64,000 bases of DNA from a virus (taxonomy: Duplodnaviria; Heunggongvirae; Uroviricota; Caudoviricetes): the IMG/VR virus record IMGVR_UViG_3300032327_001521; one strand, 5' to 3'. A model generated the notes under the pieces. The model saw only the letters and a list, made by a program, of their open reading frames with translations, was not told the DNA's origin and did not search any database. Made by a program: the position numbers and the translations under genes. Shown here one piece after another: positions 44,865-54,434 of the stretch. Position 1 is the first letter of the stretch, and each line of letters starts with the position of its first letter.

Positions 44865-47168
44865 CTATACGAGACCAAGTACAGACTTCAGCTTATTGAT
44901 TACTGTCTCACTTGTGATAGTTTTGGAACACTCAAATTGGCGGTTTGTATCCTTGTGTATTGGACACCAGTTCCAGTCAGCTGGGTCAAGTCTATGAAAG
45001 TTAAAACAGCCTGAGCACTTACCAGCCGGCGCATTTATCCTAACAATATCCTGCATTTCATTATAGTCTTCAGTAAAACCTGATATCATTATGACGGGCG
45101 TAGTTGTTGCCCAGGCTAGCCAAGTAAGACCGCTACTGATTCCAACAAAAGCCTCAGCTGATTCAATCTCCTCAAGTGCTTTATCAATTGGCCCAGCTGG
45201 TAACTTTCTAGCGCCAGTTGGATACATGTTACCCATAAAACCGTTTGGTTCAGATGATACAATAACAGCTTCATAGCCATTGACATTACACCAATTGACA
45301 ACATCTTGCCAACCAGTTGGATTATTCCAGTACTTTGTTTGGCACGTGCCGTGTATTCCAATTGCAATCTTTTTTTGCTTGGCAACTTTAGGTAGAGTGA
45401 GAACCGGTTTAGTATCTTTGAAATCTAGTCCAAGTATATCAAATGCAGCCTTTTGCATTGGCTGAGTCTTAACCTCTTTTGGATTAAGAGTCTTGACTAT
45501 TTGATCGTTCTCATCATAATAAAATCCAATTGAATACATTGCCGTAAGGCTACCAACATTTGAACCAGGCTCAATAAACTCAATCTCTGGATAGTTGTCC
45601 TTAAACATGTGATTCCAAAAGGTTGAGCACATCATCCTGCACCCGTGCTTTTTACGAAACTCTTCGGCGGCTGGCATCCAGGCAAGAGTATCACCAAGCG
45701 ATTTAGACTCAACTGACACAAGCACATTGGCCCCAGCTAAATCAAGCTTTTCATCTAGTAAGACCTCATTTGTCTTTAGGTCAGTAACTCGATAGCCCCA
45801 ATCCACGTAATAGGCTCGATTTGTTCTGGCCCACATGTTATTGGTTATCTTTTGTGAAAAATCAATATTGCCGGTTGACCTGTCAATAAATTCAACCAAG
45901 AACTCTCCAGGTTCTTCCCGGATCACTTCAATGAATGCTCCTTTAACTGCATGATAGTTAATACTATCAGGTCTACGATTCGCCTGGTTCACATGCTTGA
46001 TGTGATCTTGCTTTTCCAGGAGACGTTCATTTGCAATCTCAGCAGCTCTCTCCCAACTAAACTCGGATCTGATCTTTTTAGATTCTTTCAAAGCCCGTTT
46101 CTTATGCAGTGGCCAGTTTTCATAAGCATCACGCATTACCTGTCTAAGGTCATCAAAATCAGGTTCATACCAATTACATGATTCCTCAAAGCCAGTTGCC
46201 TGAATTTCGCCTTTAACCTTAACTGGTAGGCCTCTACCCTCTGCAAATTCTAGCTGACCTGACACATTTGAATAGATTGATGGAGTTCCACAAGCCATTG
46301 CCTCAATTAGTGGCAAATTCCAGCCCTCTGACCTAGAACACGATAGGAAAACATCAATTGACCGGAGTAGATCAATATACTCTTGAGTAGGAGGTAGATG
46401 AATTATCTTAATACGTGGGTCCTCAAGCCCATAGTGAGCTAATCTTTCCTCTGTTGTTTGCATACCGTCTTTTGCAAAACGATTATCAACAGATAAGATT
46501 AGATCAATTGGCTCATCCTCTGAAAATTCGGCTAAGAAAGCCTCAATCATTTCAGTGGTTGCTTTACGTGGTTCCCATCTGCCGAAAATTGCAAATGTAA
46601 ATCGACCTGTGCCCGTTAATGGATGCCCGGCTTCACCTGGACAAAATACGGTACCGTCAACTCCTTCTGGCACAACTGCAATTCGATCAGCTGGATAACC
46701 TTGAGCAATAGTCATATCGCGTTGCCATTTGCTTGGAACCCATAGCTCATTTATCTCAAGTAACCGGTTAAAGAATTTAGCAGGTTGTCGAGTTGCTTCC
46801 CAAACATTATAGGCAATAGTGTATTTTGGATAGCCTTGATAAAAATAGGCATGACCTGTTTCACCAAGCACAATATTGACCTCTGCCTGGCCTGGATTTG
46901 GCCAATTTGTATAGATTGGAAAGTCCTTAAGCTGACCGTTGTCGGCCCATAGAGTCTGCTCAACCATCATGGTTTTCAGCTCATCTGTCATATAGGGTTC
47001 CTCATTATGAGGCTCATCTGACGGCTCTGTCCAGGTTGGGCCAATTGAAAAATTACGGACCTCAACTGGTCGTAATTTAGCTAGTTTAGTAAAAAATTGT
47101 TGGGCATGATTATTGAAACCGGTTGTGCCAATTAGCGGCACGTGGGCCTTTATCTTTAGGTCCTGCAT
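44865..47168 (-). CDS. two-domain glycosyltransferase (N-terminal GT4-like + C-terminal GT9/heptosyltransferase-like)
   Basis: GT4 motif EGWNLPLIEAMACGTPSIYSNVSGQLEF; C-terminal KKIAIGIHGTCQTKYWNNPTGWQDVVNW resembles GT9 acceptor-binding region. Confidence 0.7.
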   Translation of the reverse strand: MQDLKIKAHVPLIGTTGFNNHAQQFFTKLAKLRPVEVRNFSIGPTWTEPSDEPHNEEPYMTDELKTMMVEQTLWADNGQLKDFPIYTNWPNPGQAEVNIVLGETGHAYFYQGYPKYTIAYNVWEATRQPAKFFNRLLEINELWVPSKWQRDMTIAQGYPADRIAVVPEGVDGTVFCPGEAGHPLTGTGRFTFAIFGRWEPRKATTEMIEAFLAEFSEDEPIDLILSVDNRFAKDGMQTTEERLAHYGLEDPRIKIIHLPPTQEYIDLLRSIDVFLSCSRSEGWNLPLIEAMACGTPSIYSNVSGQLEFAEGRGLPVKVKGEIQATGFEESCNWYEPDFDDLRQVMRDAYENWPLHKKRALKESKKIRSEFSWERAAEIANERLLEKQDHIKHVNQANRRPDSINYHAVKGAFIEVIREEPGEFLVEFIDRSTGNIDFSQKITNNMWARTNRAYYVDWGYRVTDLKTNEVLLDEKLDLAGANVLVSVESKSLGDTLAWMPAAEEFRKKHGCRMMCSTFWNHMFKDNYPEIEFIEPGSNVGSLTAMYSIGFYYDENDQIVKTLNPKEVKTQPMQKAAFDILGLDFKDTKPVLTLPKVAKQKKIAIGIHGTCQTKYWNNPTGWQDVVNWCNVNGYEAVIVSSEPNGFMGNMYPTGARKLPAGPIDKALEEIESAEAFVGISSGLTWLAWATTTPVIMISGFTEDYNEMQDIVRINAPAGKCSGCFNFHRLDPADWNWCPIHKDTNRQFECSKTITSETVINKLKSVLGLV

Positions 47169-47213
47169 GAAGTTTTGAGATTTAAAAATTATACTTTACT
47201 AGACTGGCTGGTT

Positions 47214-47528
47214 TTAGGCAAGCAGTATCTCAAATGCTTCAAGCTCTTCAGGTCCACCAATCATAGTCTTTAGATCTTCTTCGGTAAATACCGGTAGAGT
47301 ATATTCTGCAACTCTTGTATCAAGCACAATTTCCTGAATTGTAACCTTGGCCTGTTCCATTGCATCAATGTCAGTTTGGACTGCCTTTTTTACATTGAGC
47401 AACTTAACAATTAAGTCATAGTTTTTGGTGAGAAATCCATCTGTCTTGTTGCGATTTGTAATTGAAAGAACAGACGAAAATAGCGCATAAACCTGTGTCT
47501 TACTTAGACTTTTTACGTGAGTGGTCAT
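47214..47528 (-). CDS. hypothetical protein
   Basis: 104-aa ORF. Confidence 0.4.
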   Translation of the reverse strand: MTTHVKSLSKTQVYALFSSVLSITNRNKTDGFLTKNYDLIVKLLNVKKAVQTDIDAMEQAKVTIQEIVLDTRVAEYTLPVFTEEDLKTMIGGPEELEAFEILLA

Positions 47529-47557
47529 TTATTCTGAGTTTTTTAGGCTCTTATACT

Positions 47558-47983
47558 CTACTTTTTCAAAAAGGTATTGGCTGTAGCTAACCAATGTTTA
47601 TCGAATCCAAAAATATATGCTAGACTTTGAAAACAATTGGTGCTCTGGTTTGAAGACTTTTTTCGGGTTAGGTAAGTCCAGTATCCAACATCATACCTGT
47701 TTCCAAGCAGTTCAGTAAATCTCTCATGGGAATAGCCTGGCAAATTTAAAACCCTATAACTTCTGTCTAGGATAAACTGTTCATCTCTCCATTTGGCCAG
47801 AGTCTTGGTGATACGAAATCCACTGACATCACTTTCGCAAATATAGAGTTCGCCATTAAGATCTCTTACCAATTGGCAATGGTTATACTCTGCACTGGTA
47901 AATAACCGGATAAGGCTCCAATAGATACGCTGTAGCCAGGTACCATATTCATTTCTAACTAGAATAATACTCCAATCCTTCAT
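47558..47983 (-). CDS. hypothetical protein (possible Cys-His hydrolase, YNHCQ)
   Basis: 141-aa ORF; weak. Confidence 0.35.
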   Translation of the reverse strand: MKDWSIILVRNEYGTWLQRIYWSLIRLFTSAEYNHCQLVRDLNGELYICESDVSGFRITKTLAKWRDEQFILDRSYRVLNLPGYSHERFTELLGNRYDVGYWTYLTRKKSSNQSTNCFQSLAYIFGFDKHWLATANTFLKK

Positions 47984-48351
47984 TAATCAAATCTATTTCC
48001 GCCAGCTGGAGAGTCAGCCCAGGCAATTTTTTGAGATACCATATCCTCAATAACTATTGGTATAGTCATCAGCATCATAAAAAACTCATATTCTGTCATA
48101 ACGGCGGTAGGGTCGCCAGCAGGTACAATAGTTCCATTTTGATCAACCTGAGTTGTTGTATCAGCAATAAGCGGTACTTTTTTAGGAGGAATAAAGTCGA
48201 TTACTGTAGTGCCATCTGGAGAATAGTATTTAACAATTAGAGAGAGTACTACGGCCTTATTAAATAAATCACCGATACTGATATTAATACTATCAACGTG
48301 TACTTTTCTTTTAAAGCCATAGTTAGGCTCATCACTTATACTGTATATCAT
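47983..48351 (-). CDS. hypothetical protein
   Basis: 122-aa ORF. Confidence 0.4.
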   Translation of the reverse strand: MIYSISDEPNYGFKRKVHVDSINISIGDLFNKAVVLSLIVKYYSPDGTTVIDFIPPKKVPLIADTTTQVDQNGTIVPAGDPTAVMTEYEFFMMLMTIPIVIEDMVSQKIAWADSPAGGNRFD

Positions 48352-48363
48352 AGCTTTATTATT

Positions 48364-51195
48364 TTATTGGAATAGGCCATATGCTTGTAGATCATCAATG
48401 ACAGAATTTATTAAATTTTTAACAACTGTAACATCTGCGGCTAATTGACCCAATGAAGTTCTTGCATTTGCATCAATCGTTGCACCACCGGATGGAGCAG
48501 CATAAGTAGAATTTGAGTGTGTCTTAGTAGTAGTAGAATAGGTTTGGGTATACACACTTGCTCGCGTACCTCCAGCTAATCCAAAAAATCCTAATGTTCC
48601 CCCAGAAGTTCCTAATGTTAAATTTCCTCTAATAATAGTATTAACTGTACCATTAGTAGCTCCAATAGTAATTGCGGTTGTACTACCGTTTGCTCCTCCA
48701 GTACCTATATTTATAGTTTTAGTAAATGTACTTGCTGTAATTCCTGTTCCTATATTTATTTCACTAGCTGCTGTTTGAAGTGTAGCAAAGTTAATGGTTG
48801 GTGAATAAGAACACATGTGAATAGTATCAGTTACACCTATATGTGAAAATAAATGCCAACCTATTCTGTTATTAAAAGACGCTGCACCAAATCCAATTTC
48901 ATAACTTAAGGCTGGTGTTACTGGATAGTATGGAAAAGTTGTAGTTGATGCTCCACCGAAAACTGCGCCTATTTCAAAAGATATTCTAGCAGAAGAAAAG
49001 CCGTTGCTACCCATTAAACTAGCTCCACTTACATATGTACCAGTTGGAACAGTACCTGGTATTTTTACAACAACTGAATCTCCTATATTAGTTGTTGTAT
49101 AAGTTAAAGCAGAAACTCTTCCTGAGCCAACAAAATTAGAAGGAACAACAGTAGGAGATTGATTACCTCTACCGAAAACAACAATTTCAAAAACTGCAGG
49201 TATTACGCCGGCTGTTGCAATTGTAAATGTAATATCTATATCTGCTCCATTCTGCACAACGCTTGTTACTGTACCATAATTTCGGGCAGTGTTTCGTGCA
49301 ACGGCTAATACAACTTCATTATATGTACCAGAATTAGCAGTATAACTAGTAGAATTGATTCTAAAAAATGGATAACCTTTAGAGATACCCTGACCTGAAT
49401 CGAAATCTCCAGCGGCTCCAACTGCATAATTATAAAAATGATAACTTGAAAATGGAAATACACCGCCGAGGTATGATCCAGTAGTTGAAAACCAAATAGC
49501 TGGCGATCCACCGATGCCTCCTCCGGCGAGTCCGTTACTAGTAGAAACTCCTATTAAAGCATGAGCTCCAGCATTAGAGCTAAAATTAATTTTAGTTCCA
49601 AGAGAAACCGCACTACTAGCATTAAATATTGGAAAATAATCGGCAAAGGTAGGGTAAGTTGGAATTGCAAACGATAAAAAACTACCTCCAGCCATAGTAG
49701 CAGAAGGCACTGTTGTCGAACCTCCTCCTATTGTTAAGGTTGAACCTGCTGGACCACTTAGGGTTCCGGATATGGCTAATCCGCCAGTTATGCTAGAGCC
49801 GCTTCCGCTAAGTCTAAGTCGTTCAGCTGCTGCAGCCCCAGCTAATGAAGTCCTAAACACTAAATCAACCGTAGGATTTCCAACACTGGCACCATATGAA
49901 CTCAATACAGAGTCAATTGCCGAACCCGAAATACTAGTTGGTGTTGATCCTATTCCACTGATAAAATTTAAAGTAGTACCAGTTCCTACTGAGGAATATA
50001 ATGTCATAAGAGCATTACCTCCAGAATAAGTACCACTAGCTGTAGTTATAGCAGTTCCAGCTATTGCATTTGCATACGATGATGCTAAAAACAAGGTAGT
50101 TCCAGAAGAACCGTATACGTAATAATCAGTAGTTGTAGCCAATCCGGTAGTTCCAGTAATATTAGCTAACCTTACTAGAGTACCAGTAGGAGTAGTTGCG
50201 CTTGCAGTAAAGGTTAATTGAACAGATCCGCCAACGCCATTTACAATAGTCATACTGGAATAAGTTCTAGTTTGGCTATTATCGTATAGGTTTCTTATAT
50301 TTAATGCTGTGCCTAATGAATTTTGAGTAGTTGTTACAGACGATGACGTTATAGCACTGGTAAAAGTCTTAGCTCCAGCAATAGTTTGAATACCTTCTGT
50401 CATTACAAAGCTTGCAGCAGCACTTACATCTGGAATAGTATAAACCCTAGATGCGGCTGGTGCAGGAGAAGTTATTGTAATCGTATTAGTTGTACCAAGT
50501 ATAAGTTGGTTGGTTGTAGCAGAGACAGTTAATGTAGAACTAAAAGTCTTAGGTCCTGCAATTCCTTGAGTGCCTTGAGTCATTACAAAGCTTGCATCAG
50601 CATCTGTCACAGGAATGGTAAGAGTCCTGCTGGTTGTGAGAGTTGCTGTTCCCAAGATTATAGTAGAAGTGTGTGGGCTAGTTTGAGTAAAGGTGTCATC
50701 TATTGTGGTACCTGCAGCTGGGTAGAGTGCAATTGCGCGAACTGCTCCAGCATTCACTGCACCACTTCCAACTCCAGCAGGCCCTTGAGCACCACTTGTC
50801 CCACTTGAGCCAGAAGTACCTGAGCTACCTGATGTACCAGAACCAGACGTGCCTGAGCTACCTGATGTACCAGAACCAGACGTGCCTGAGCTACCAGATG
50901 TACCATCTGTTCCTGATGTACCTGAGCTACCGGATGTACCATCTGTTCCTGATGTACCTGAGCTACCTGAAGAACCTGCTATACCAGATGTACCTGAGCT
51001 GCCGGACGTACCGTTTGACCCAGAAGAACCTGACCCGCCAGTTCCTCCGCCAGTTGATGAAGTCCCAGAAGAGCCTGATGTACCTGAAGTATTGTCAAAG
51101 TTAGACTTCCATGCAAAACCATTCCAAATCCAGTCATTGCCTGCATACGAATAGGTTTGGCCGGACGTGGCTGGGTATGGGAATAGTATTGCCAT
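48364..51195 (-). CDS. tail fibre protein with collagen-like Gly-X-Y repeats
   Basis: N-terminal fibre module ...GQTYSYAGNDWIWNGFAWKS; about 120 aa of GSSGTSGTDG triplets; Thr/Ser/Gly-rich beta C-terminal region. Confidence 0.65.
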   Translation of the reverse strand: MAILFPYPATSGQTYSYAGNDWIWNGFAWKSNFDNTSGTSGSSGTSSTGGGTGGSGSSGSNGTSGSSGTSGIAGSSGSSGTSGTDGTSGSSGTSGTDGTSGSSGTSGSGTSGSSGTSGSGTSGSSGTSGSSGTSGAQGPAGVGSGAVNAGAVRAIALYPAAGTTIDDTFTQTSPHTSTIILGTATLTTSRTLTIPVTDADASFVMTQGTQGIAGPKTFSSTLTVSATTNQLILGTTNTITITSPAPAASRVYTIPDVSAAASFVMTEGIQTIAGAKTFTSAITSSSVTTTQNSLGTALNIRNLYDNSQTRTYSSMTIVNGVGGSVQLTFTASATTPTGTLVRLANITGTTGLATTTDYYVYGSSGTTLFLASSYANAIAGTAITTASGTYSGGNALMTLYSSVGTGTTLNFISGIGSTPTSISGSAIDSVLSSYGASVGNPTVDLVFRTSLAGAAAAERLRLSGSGSSITGGLAISGTLSGPAGSTLTIGGGSTTVPSATMAGGSFLSFAIPTYPTFADYFPIFNASSAVSLGTKINFSSNAGAHALIGVSTSNGLAGGGIGGSPAIWFSTTGSYLGGVFPFSSYHFYNYAVGAAGDFDSGQGISKGYPFFRINSTSYTANSGTYNEVVLAVARNTARNYGTVTSVVQNGADIDITFTIATAGVIPAVFEIVVFGRGNQSPTVVPSNFVGSGRVSALTYTTTNIGDSVVVKIPGTVPTGTYVSGASLMGSNGFSSARISFEIGAVFGGASTTTFPYYPVTPALSYEIGFGAASFNNRIGWHLFSHIGVTDTIHMCSYSPTINFATLQTAASEINIGTGITASTFTKTINIGTGGANGSTTAITIGATNGTVNTIIRGNLTLGTSGGTLGFFGLAGGTRASVYTQTYSTTTKTHSNSTYAAPSGGATIDANARTSLGQLAADVTVVKNLINSVIDDLQAYGLFQ
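50715..51087 (-). repeat. collagen-like (G-X-Y)n coding repeat in the 943-aa fibre gene
   Basis: 3-nt periodicity; mirrored P-E/D-V-P frame on plus strand (track ORF 50849..51154). Confidence 0.7.
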
Positions 51196-51215
51196 TGAGT
51201 ATTTAGCTAAATTTA

Positions 51216-51230
51216 GTCTATTTATTTAGG
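51216..51230 (-). promoter_or_regulatory. late-promoter-like motif (minus CCTAAATAAATAGAC) upstream of the 943-aa fibre gene
   Basis: gtctatttatttagg; near-identical copy at 52049-52064. Confidence 0.35.
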
Positions 51231-51245
51231 CTCCATTGCCTCTAG

Positions 51246-52031
51246 TTAAAAGTTATAGTTTAGGTAATCAAATGAATAGCTAAAGAATGTTCCAAACCTA
51301 TAATATGCTCTAATACAAACCGCTAAACTTCGTAATCCTGGAAGAGTAGCTGACATGGTTAGATCGGAGCCATTTACCGGAGCTGCCGCTTGTATGCCTG
51401 TCCTGGTTTCGTACGTAGGGAATGAGTCCTTACTTGTATTCCAAATAAAACCTGCCTCAGTAAATTCGCTAGTTAGTCCAGCCCCAGGCCCAGTAAAACC
51501 AAAACCAAATTCAACAGTTGCTACGATATCACTGTTTGATGGTGTTACACTACTCATAAATGACTGAGGTAAACCCCAAGGATATAGAGCTGAATACCCT
51601 ATTCCCTGCTCATTTTGTGCATATGCTCGATAATATGCAATCTCGCTAACACTAACACTAAGGTCTGGTATTGAAAATCCAGGTGAAACTGTTGGATCGC
51701 CTGTTCCAGCATAAGTACCATAAGAGTAGTGATCGGTTGGATATTCACTAATATGATTAGGATTTGAATCTATTGTTATATAAATACCCCAATCACTTAT
51801 ACCAGAGGCTCCTTGATTTAGCACAAGCCCTCCAAATGTTGCATTAAAGGTAGAGTTGTTTTGGACAATTGAGTTTAGCTGAACAGTTGGTAATATACCA
51901 GATGTTGTGGTTGTAGTAGTTGCAGCCCCGCCAACTGCTGCACCTGAGAACCTCCAAGCTGAGCCGTTCCAGGCCCAACCCTCGTAAATTTGACCCGTAT
52001 TTAAGCTCGTTGATGGAAAGTCAAGTGCCAT
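51246..52031 (-). CDS. tail fibre/receptor-binding protein sharing the N-terminal fibre module
   Basis: MALDFPSTSLNTGQIYEGWAWNGSAWRF parallels the N-termini of the 52059 and 48364 genes. Confidence 0.5.
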   Translation of the reverse strand: MALDFPSTSLNTGQIYEGWAWNGSAWRFSGAAVGGAATTTTTTSGILPTVQLNSIVQNNSTFNATFGGLVLNQGASGISDWGIYITIDSNPNHISEYPTDHYSYGTYAGTGDPTVSPGFSIPDLSVSVSEIAYYRAYAQNEQGIGYSALYPWGLPQSFMSSVTPSNSDIVATVEFGFGFTGPGAGLTSEFTEAGFIWNTSKDSFPTYETRTGIQAAAPVNGSDLTMSATLPGLRSLAVCIRAYYRFGTFFSYSFDYLNYNF

Positions 52032-52048
52032 TTAAGTTGTGCAATTTG

Positions 52049-52064
52049 GTCTATTTATTTAAGG
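52049..52064 (-). promoter_or_regulatory. late-promoter-like motif (minus CCTTAAATAAATAGAC) upstream of gene 51246..52031
   Basis: gtctatttatttaagg. Confidence 0.35.
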
Positions 52065-54416
52065 TCCAGTTGTTGTAGTGGTCGTAGTTGCACAGGCAGC
52101 TCCCCAATTAGGTTTAGGTAGGGTCCAGGCAGTCGCGCCTGTACTGAAATTTGAAGGCTGAGTAGGTATTAGCGAAACACACCAACCACTAAGGTCCTGA
52201 TTAAATATGGATGCTCCATTAAACATTGAAAGCATACTAATGACCTTTGCGGTGTTCCAAGTGGTAATTGCTGAGTTAAACGAGGTTGCACCTGAGAACA
52301 TTTGATTCATACCAATGACATTTGATGTATTCCAGCTATCGAGAGGCTGATTAAACGAGGTTGCATCACGGAACGTTGAATTCATAGCTGTGACACTGCT
52401 AGTATTCCAGCTATCGAGAGGCTGATTAAACGAGGTTGCACCTGAGAACGTAGCGCTCATACCAATGACATTTGATGTATTCCAGCTATTGAGAGGCTGA
52501 TTAAACGAGGTTGCACCTGAGAACATCTGATTCATGTTAGTGACATTTGCCGTATTCCAACTATTGAGAGGCTGATTAAACGAGGTTGCACCATAGAACA
52601 TTAAGCTCATATTACCGACATTAGCTACATTCCAACTACTGAGCGGCTGGTTAAATGCGGTTGCATTTTGAAATATTCTACTCATGTCTGTGATGCTTGC
52701 TGTGTTCCAGCCAGCAACTGACGAGTTAAACGAGGTTGCACCATAGAACATTGAGCCCATGGCTATTAGACCGGTAGTGGTCCAATTATTAAGCGGCTGG
52801 TTAAACGAGGTTGCATTGTAGAACATAGCTGCCATATTAGTGACTTTTATTACGTTCCAACCATTAAGAGCCTGATTAAAGGCTATTGCAGATTGGAACA
52901 GGTTAGCCATGCGTGTGACATTTGCTACGTTCCAGCTATTGAGCGGCTGGTTGAATGAGCCTGCATTTCGAAATACATTGCTCATATCTGTGATATTCGT
53001 TGTGTTCCAGTCAGCAACTGATGAGTTAAACGCGGTTGCACCATAGAACATTGAGTCCATGCTAGTGAGCGCAGTAGTGGTCCAATTATTAAGAGGCCGA
53101 TTAAAGGCTGATGCAAGTTGGAACATACTAGTCATACTACTGACATTTGAAACGTTCCAGCTATTAAGAGGCTGGTTAAATGAGGCTGCACCGTAGAACA
53201 TTGCGACCATATTAGTGACGTTTGCTACATTCCAGCTATTAAGAGGCTGGTTAAACGAGGTCGCGTTGTAGAACATTGAGCCCATATTAGTGACATTTGC
53301 TGTTCCAGTTCCACTGGTCCATGCAACGGATGAGTTAAATGAGGTTGCACCATAGAACATTTGGTACATGTATGTAACACTTGAAACGTTCCAGCTATCT
53401 AGCGGCTGGTTAAAAGAGGTTGCGCCATAGAACATTGAGCCCATGTTAATAACACTTACTGTATTCCAGCTATCTAGCGGCTGATTAAATGAGGTTGCAT
53501 TTTGAAATATGCTACTCATACTTGTAACGCCACTAGTATTCCAACCAGTAACAGATGAGTTAAATAAGGTTGCGCCTTGGAACATACTGCTCATATTAGT
53601 GACATTTGCTGTATTCCAGCTATCAAGAGGCTGGTTAAATGAGCTTGCACTATTAAACATTTGAGTCATGTTAGTGACATTTGCTACATTCCAGCTATTA
53701 AGAGGCTGATTAAACGCGGTTGCACTTGAGAACGTAGCGCTCATATTAGTGACATTTGCTGTATTCCAGCTATCAAGAGGCTGGTTAAATGAGCTCGCGG
53801 ATTCGAACATTTGAGTCATGTCAGTGACATTCGCTGTGTTCCAATTGCTAATATCATAATTAAAATATTGGGCTGATTGGAACATACTGGCCAAGCTGGT
53901 CACCTGACTTAGATTTGGAGTATTGGTTGCGGTGAATCCAGTTAGGTTACTTGCTCCAGCAAACATGGATTCCATTGAAAGCCAGCCGTCATACGACCAG
54001 TCCGTAACATCTGTTAAGTAAGGTGCAAGGTCTCCAGCTATAAAATGCGGAAATACTCCGGTAATTGCAATTGACCAACTTGGACTGTCTCCACCGGATA
54101 AATTAATTATGTGATCATCGGTTAAGCCGTATGCACTACCACTTTGACTAGGATCACCAATATTATACCAGGAAAGGTTGTAATCATATGGATATATTGG
54201 GACACCTTCCTTGGTTTTTTGAATTGATATAGTAACTTCATTTGGTGAATCGGTTAGTATAAATGTAAAACCGTTAGGTGGTGCTGTTGTAGTAGTAGTA
54301 GTATCTCCAGGCGCGCCTATTGCCTCGGTAAAAAAGTCCCAAGCAGATCCATTCCAGATCCAAGCTTCGTATATTTGGCCGACTGTTAGACCGGCTGATG
54401 GAAAATCTAATGGCAT
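52059..54416 (-). CDS. receptor-binding protein with DUF285-type (bacterial surface protein 26-residue) repeats
   Basis: more than 20 tandem copies of F-x-gA-tsFNQ-pL-xsWN-vsnVTnMxxMF; N-terminal fibre module MPLDFPSAGLTVGQIYEAWIWNGSAWDF; C-terminal TTTTTTTGP. Confidence 0.6.
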   Translation of the reverse strand: MPLDFPSAGLTVGQIYEAWIWNGSAWDFFTEAIGAPGDTTTTTTAPPNGFTFILTDSPNEVTISIQKTKEGVPIYPYDYNLSWYNIGDPSQSGSAYGLTDDHIINLSGGDSPSWSIAITGVFPHFIAGDLAPYLTDVTDWSYDGWLSMESMFAGASNLTGFTATNTPNLSQVTSLASMFQSAQYFNYDISNWNTANVTDMTQMFESASSFNQPLDSWNTANVTNMSATFSSATAFNQPLNSWNVANVTNMTQMFNSASSFNQPLDSWNTANVTNMSSMFQGATLFNSSVTGWNTSGVTSMSSIFQNATSFNQPLDSWNTVSVINMGSMFYGATSFNQPLDSWNVSSVTYMYQMFYGATSFNSSVAWTSGTGTANVTNMGSMFYNATSFNQPLNSWNVANVTNMVAMFYGAASFNQPLNSWNVSNVSSMTSMFQLASAFNRPLNNWTTTALTSMDSMFYGATAFNSSVADWNTTNITDMSNVFRNAGSFNQPLNSWNVANVTRMANLFQSAIAFNQALNGWNVIKVTNMAAMFYNATSFNQPLNNWTTTGLIAMGSMFYGATSFNSSVAGWNTASITDMSRIFQNATAFNQPLSSWNVANVGNMSLMFYGATSFNQPLNSWNTANVTNMNQMFSGATSFNQPLNSWNTSNVIGMSATFSGATSFNQPLDSWNTSSVTAMNSTFRDATSFNQPLDSWNTSNVIGMNQMFSGATSFNSAITTWNTAKVISMLSMFNGASIFNQDLSGWCVSLIPTQPSNFSTGATAWTLPKPNWGAACATTTTTTTGP
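52106..53966 (-). repeat. DUF285-like 26-28-residue solenoid repeats (coding)
   Basis: visible period of about 80 nt across 1.8 kb. Confidence 0.6.
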
Positions 54417-54434
54417 TCTGCGAGCTTGGATTTG

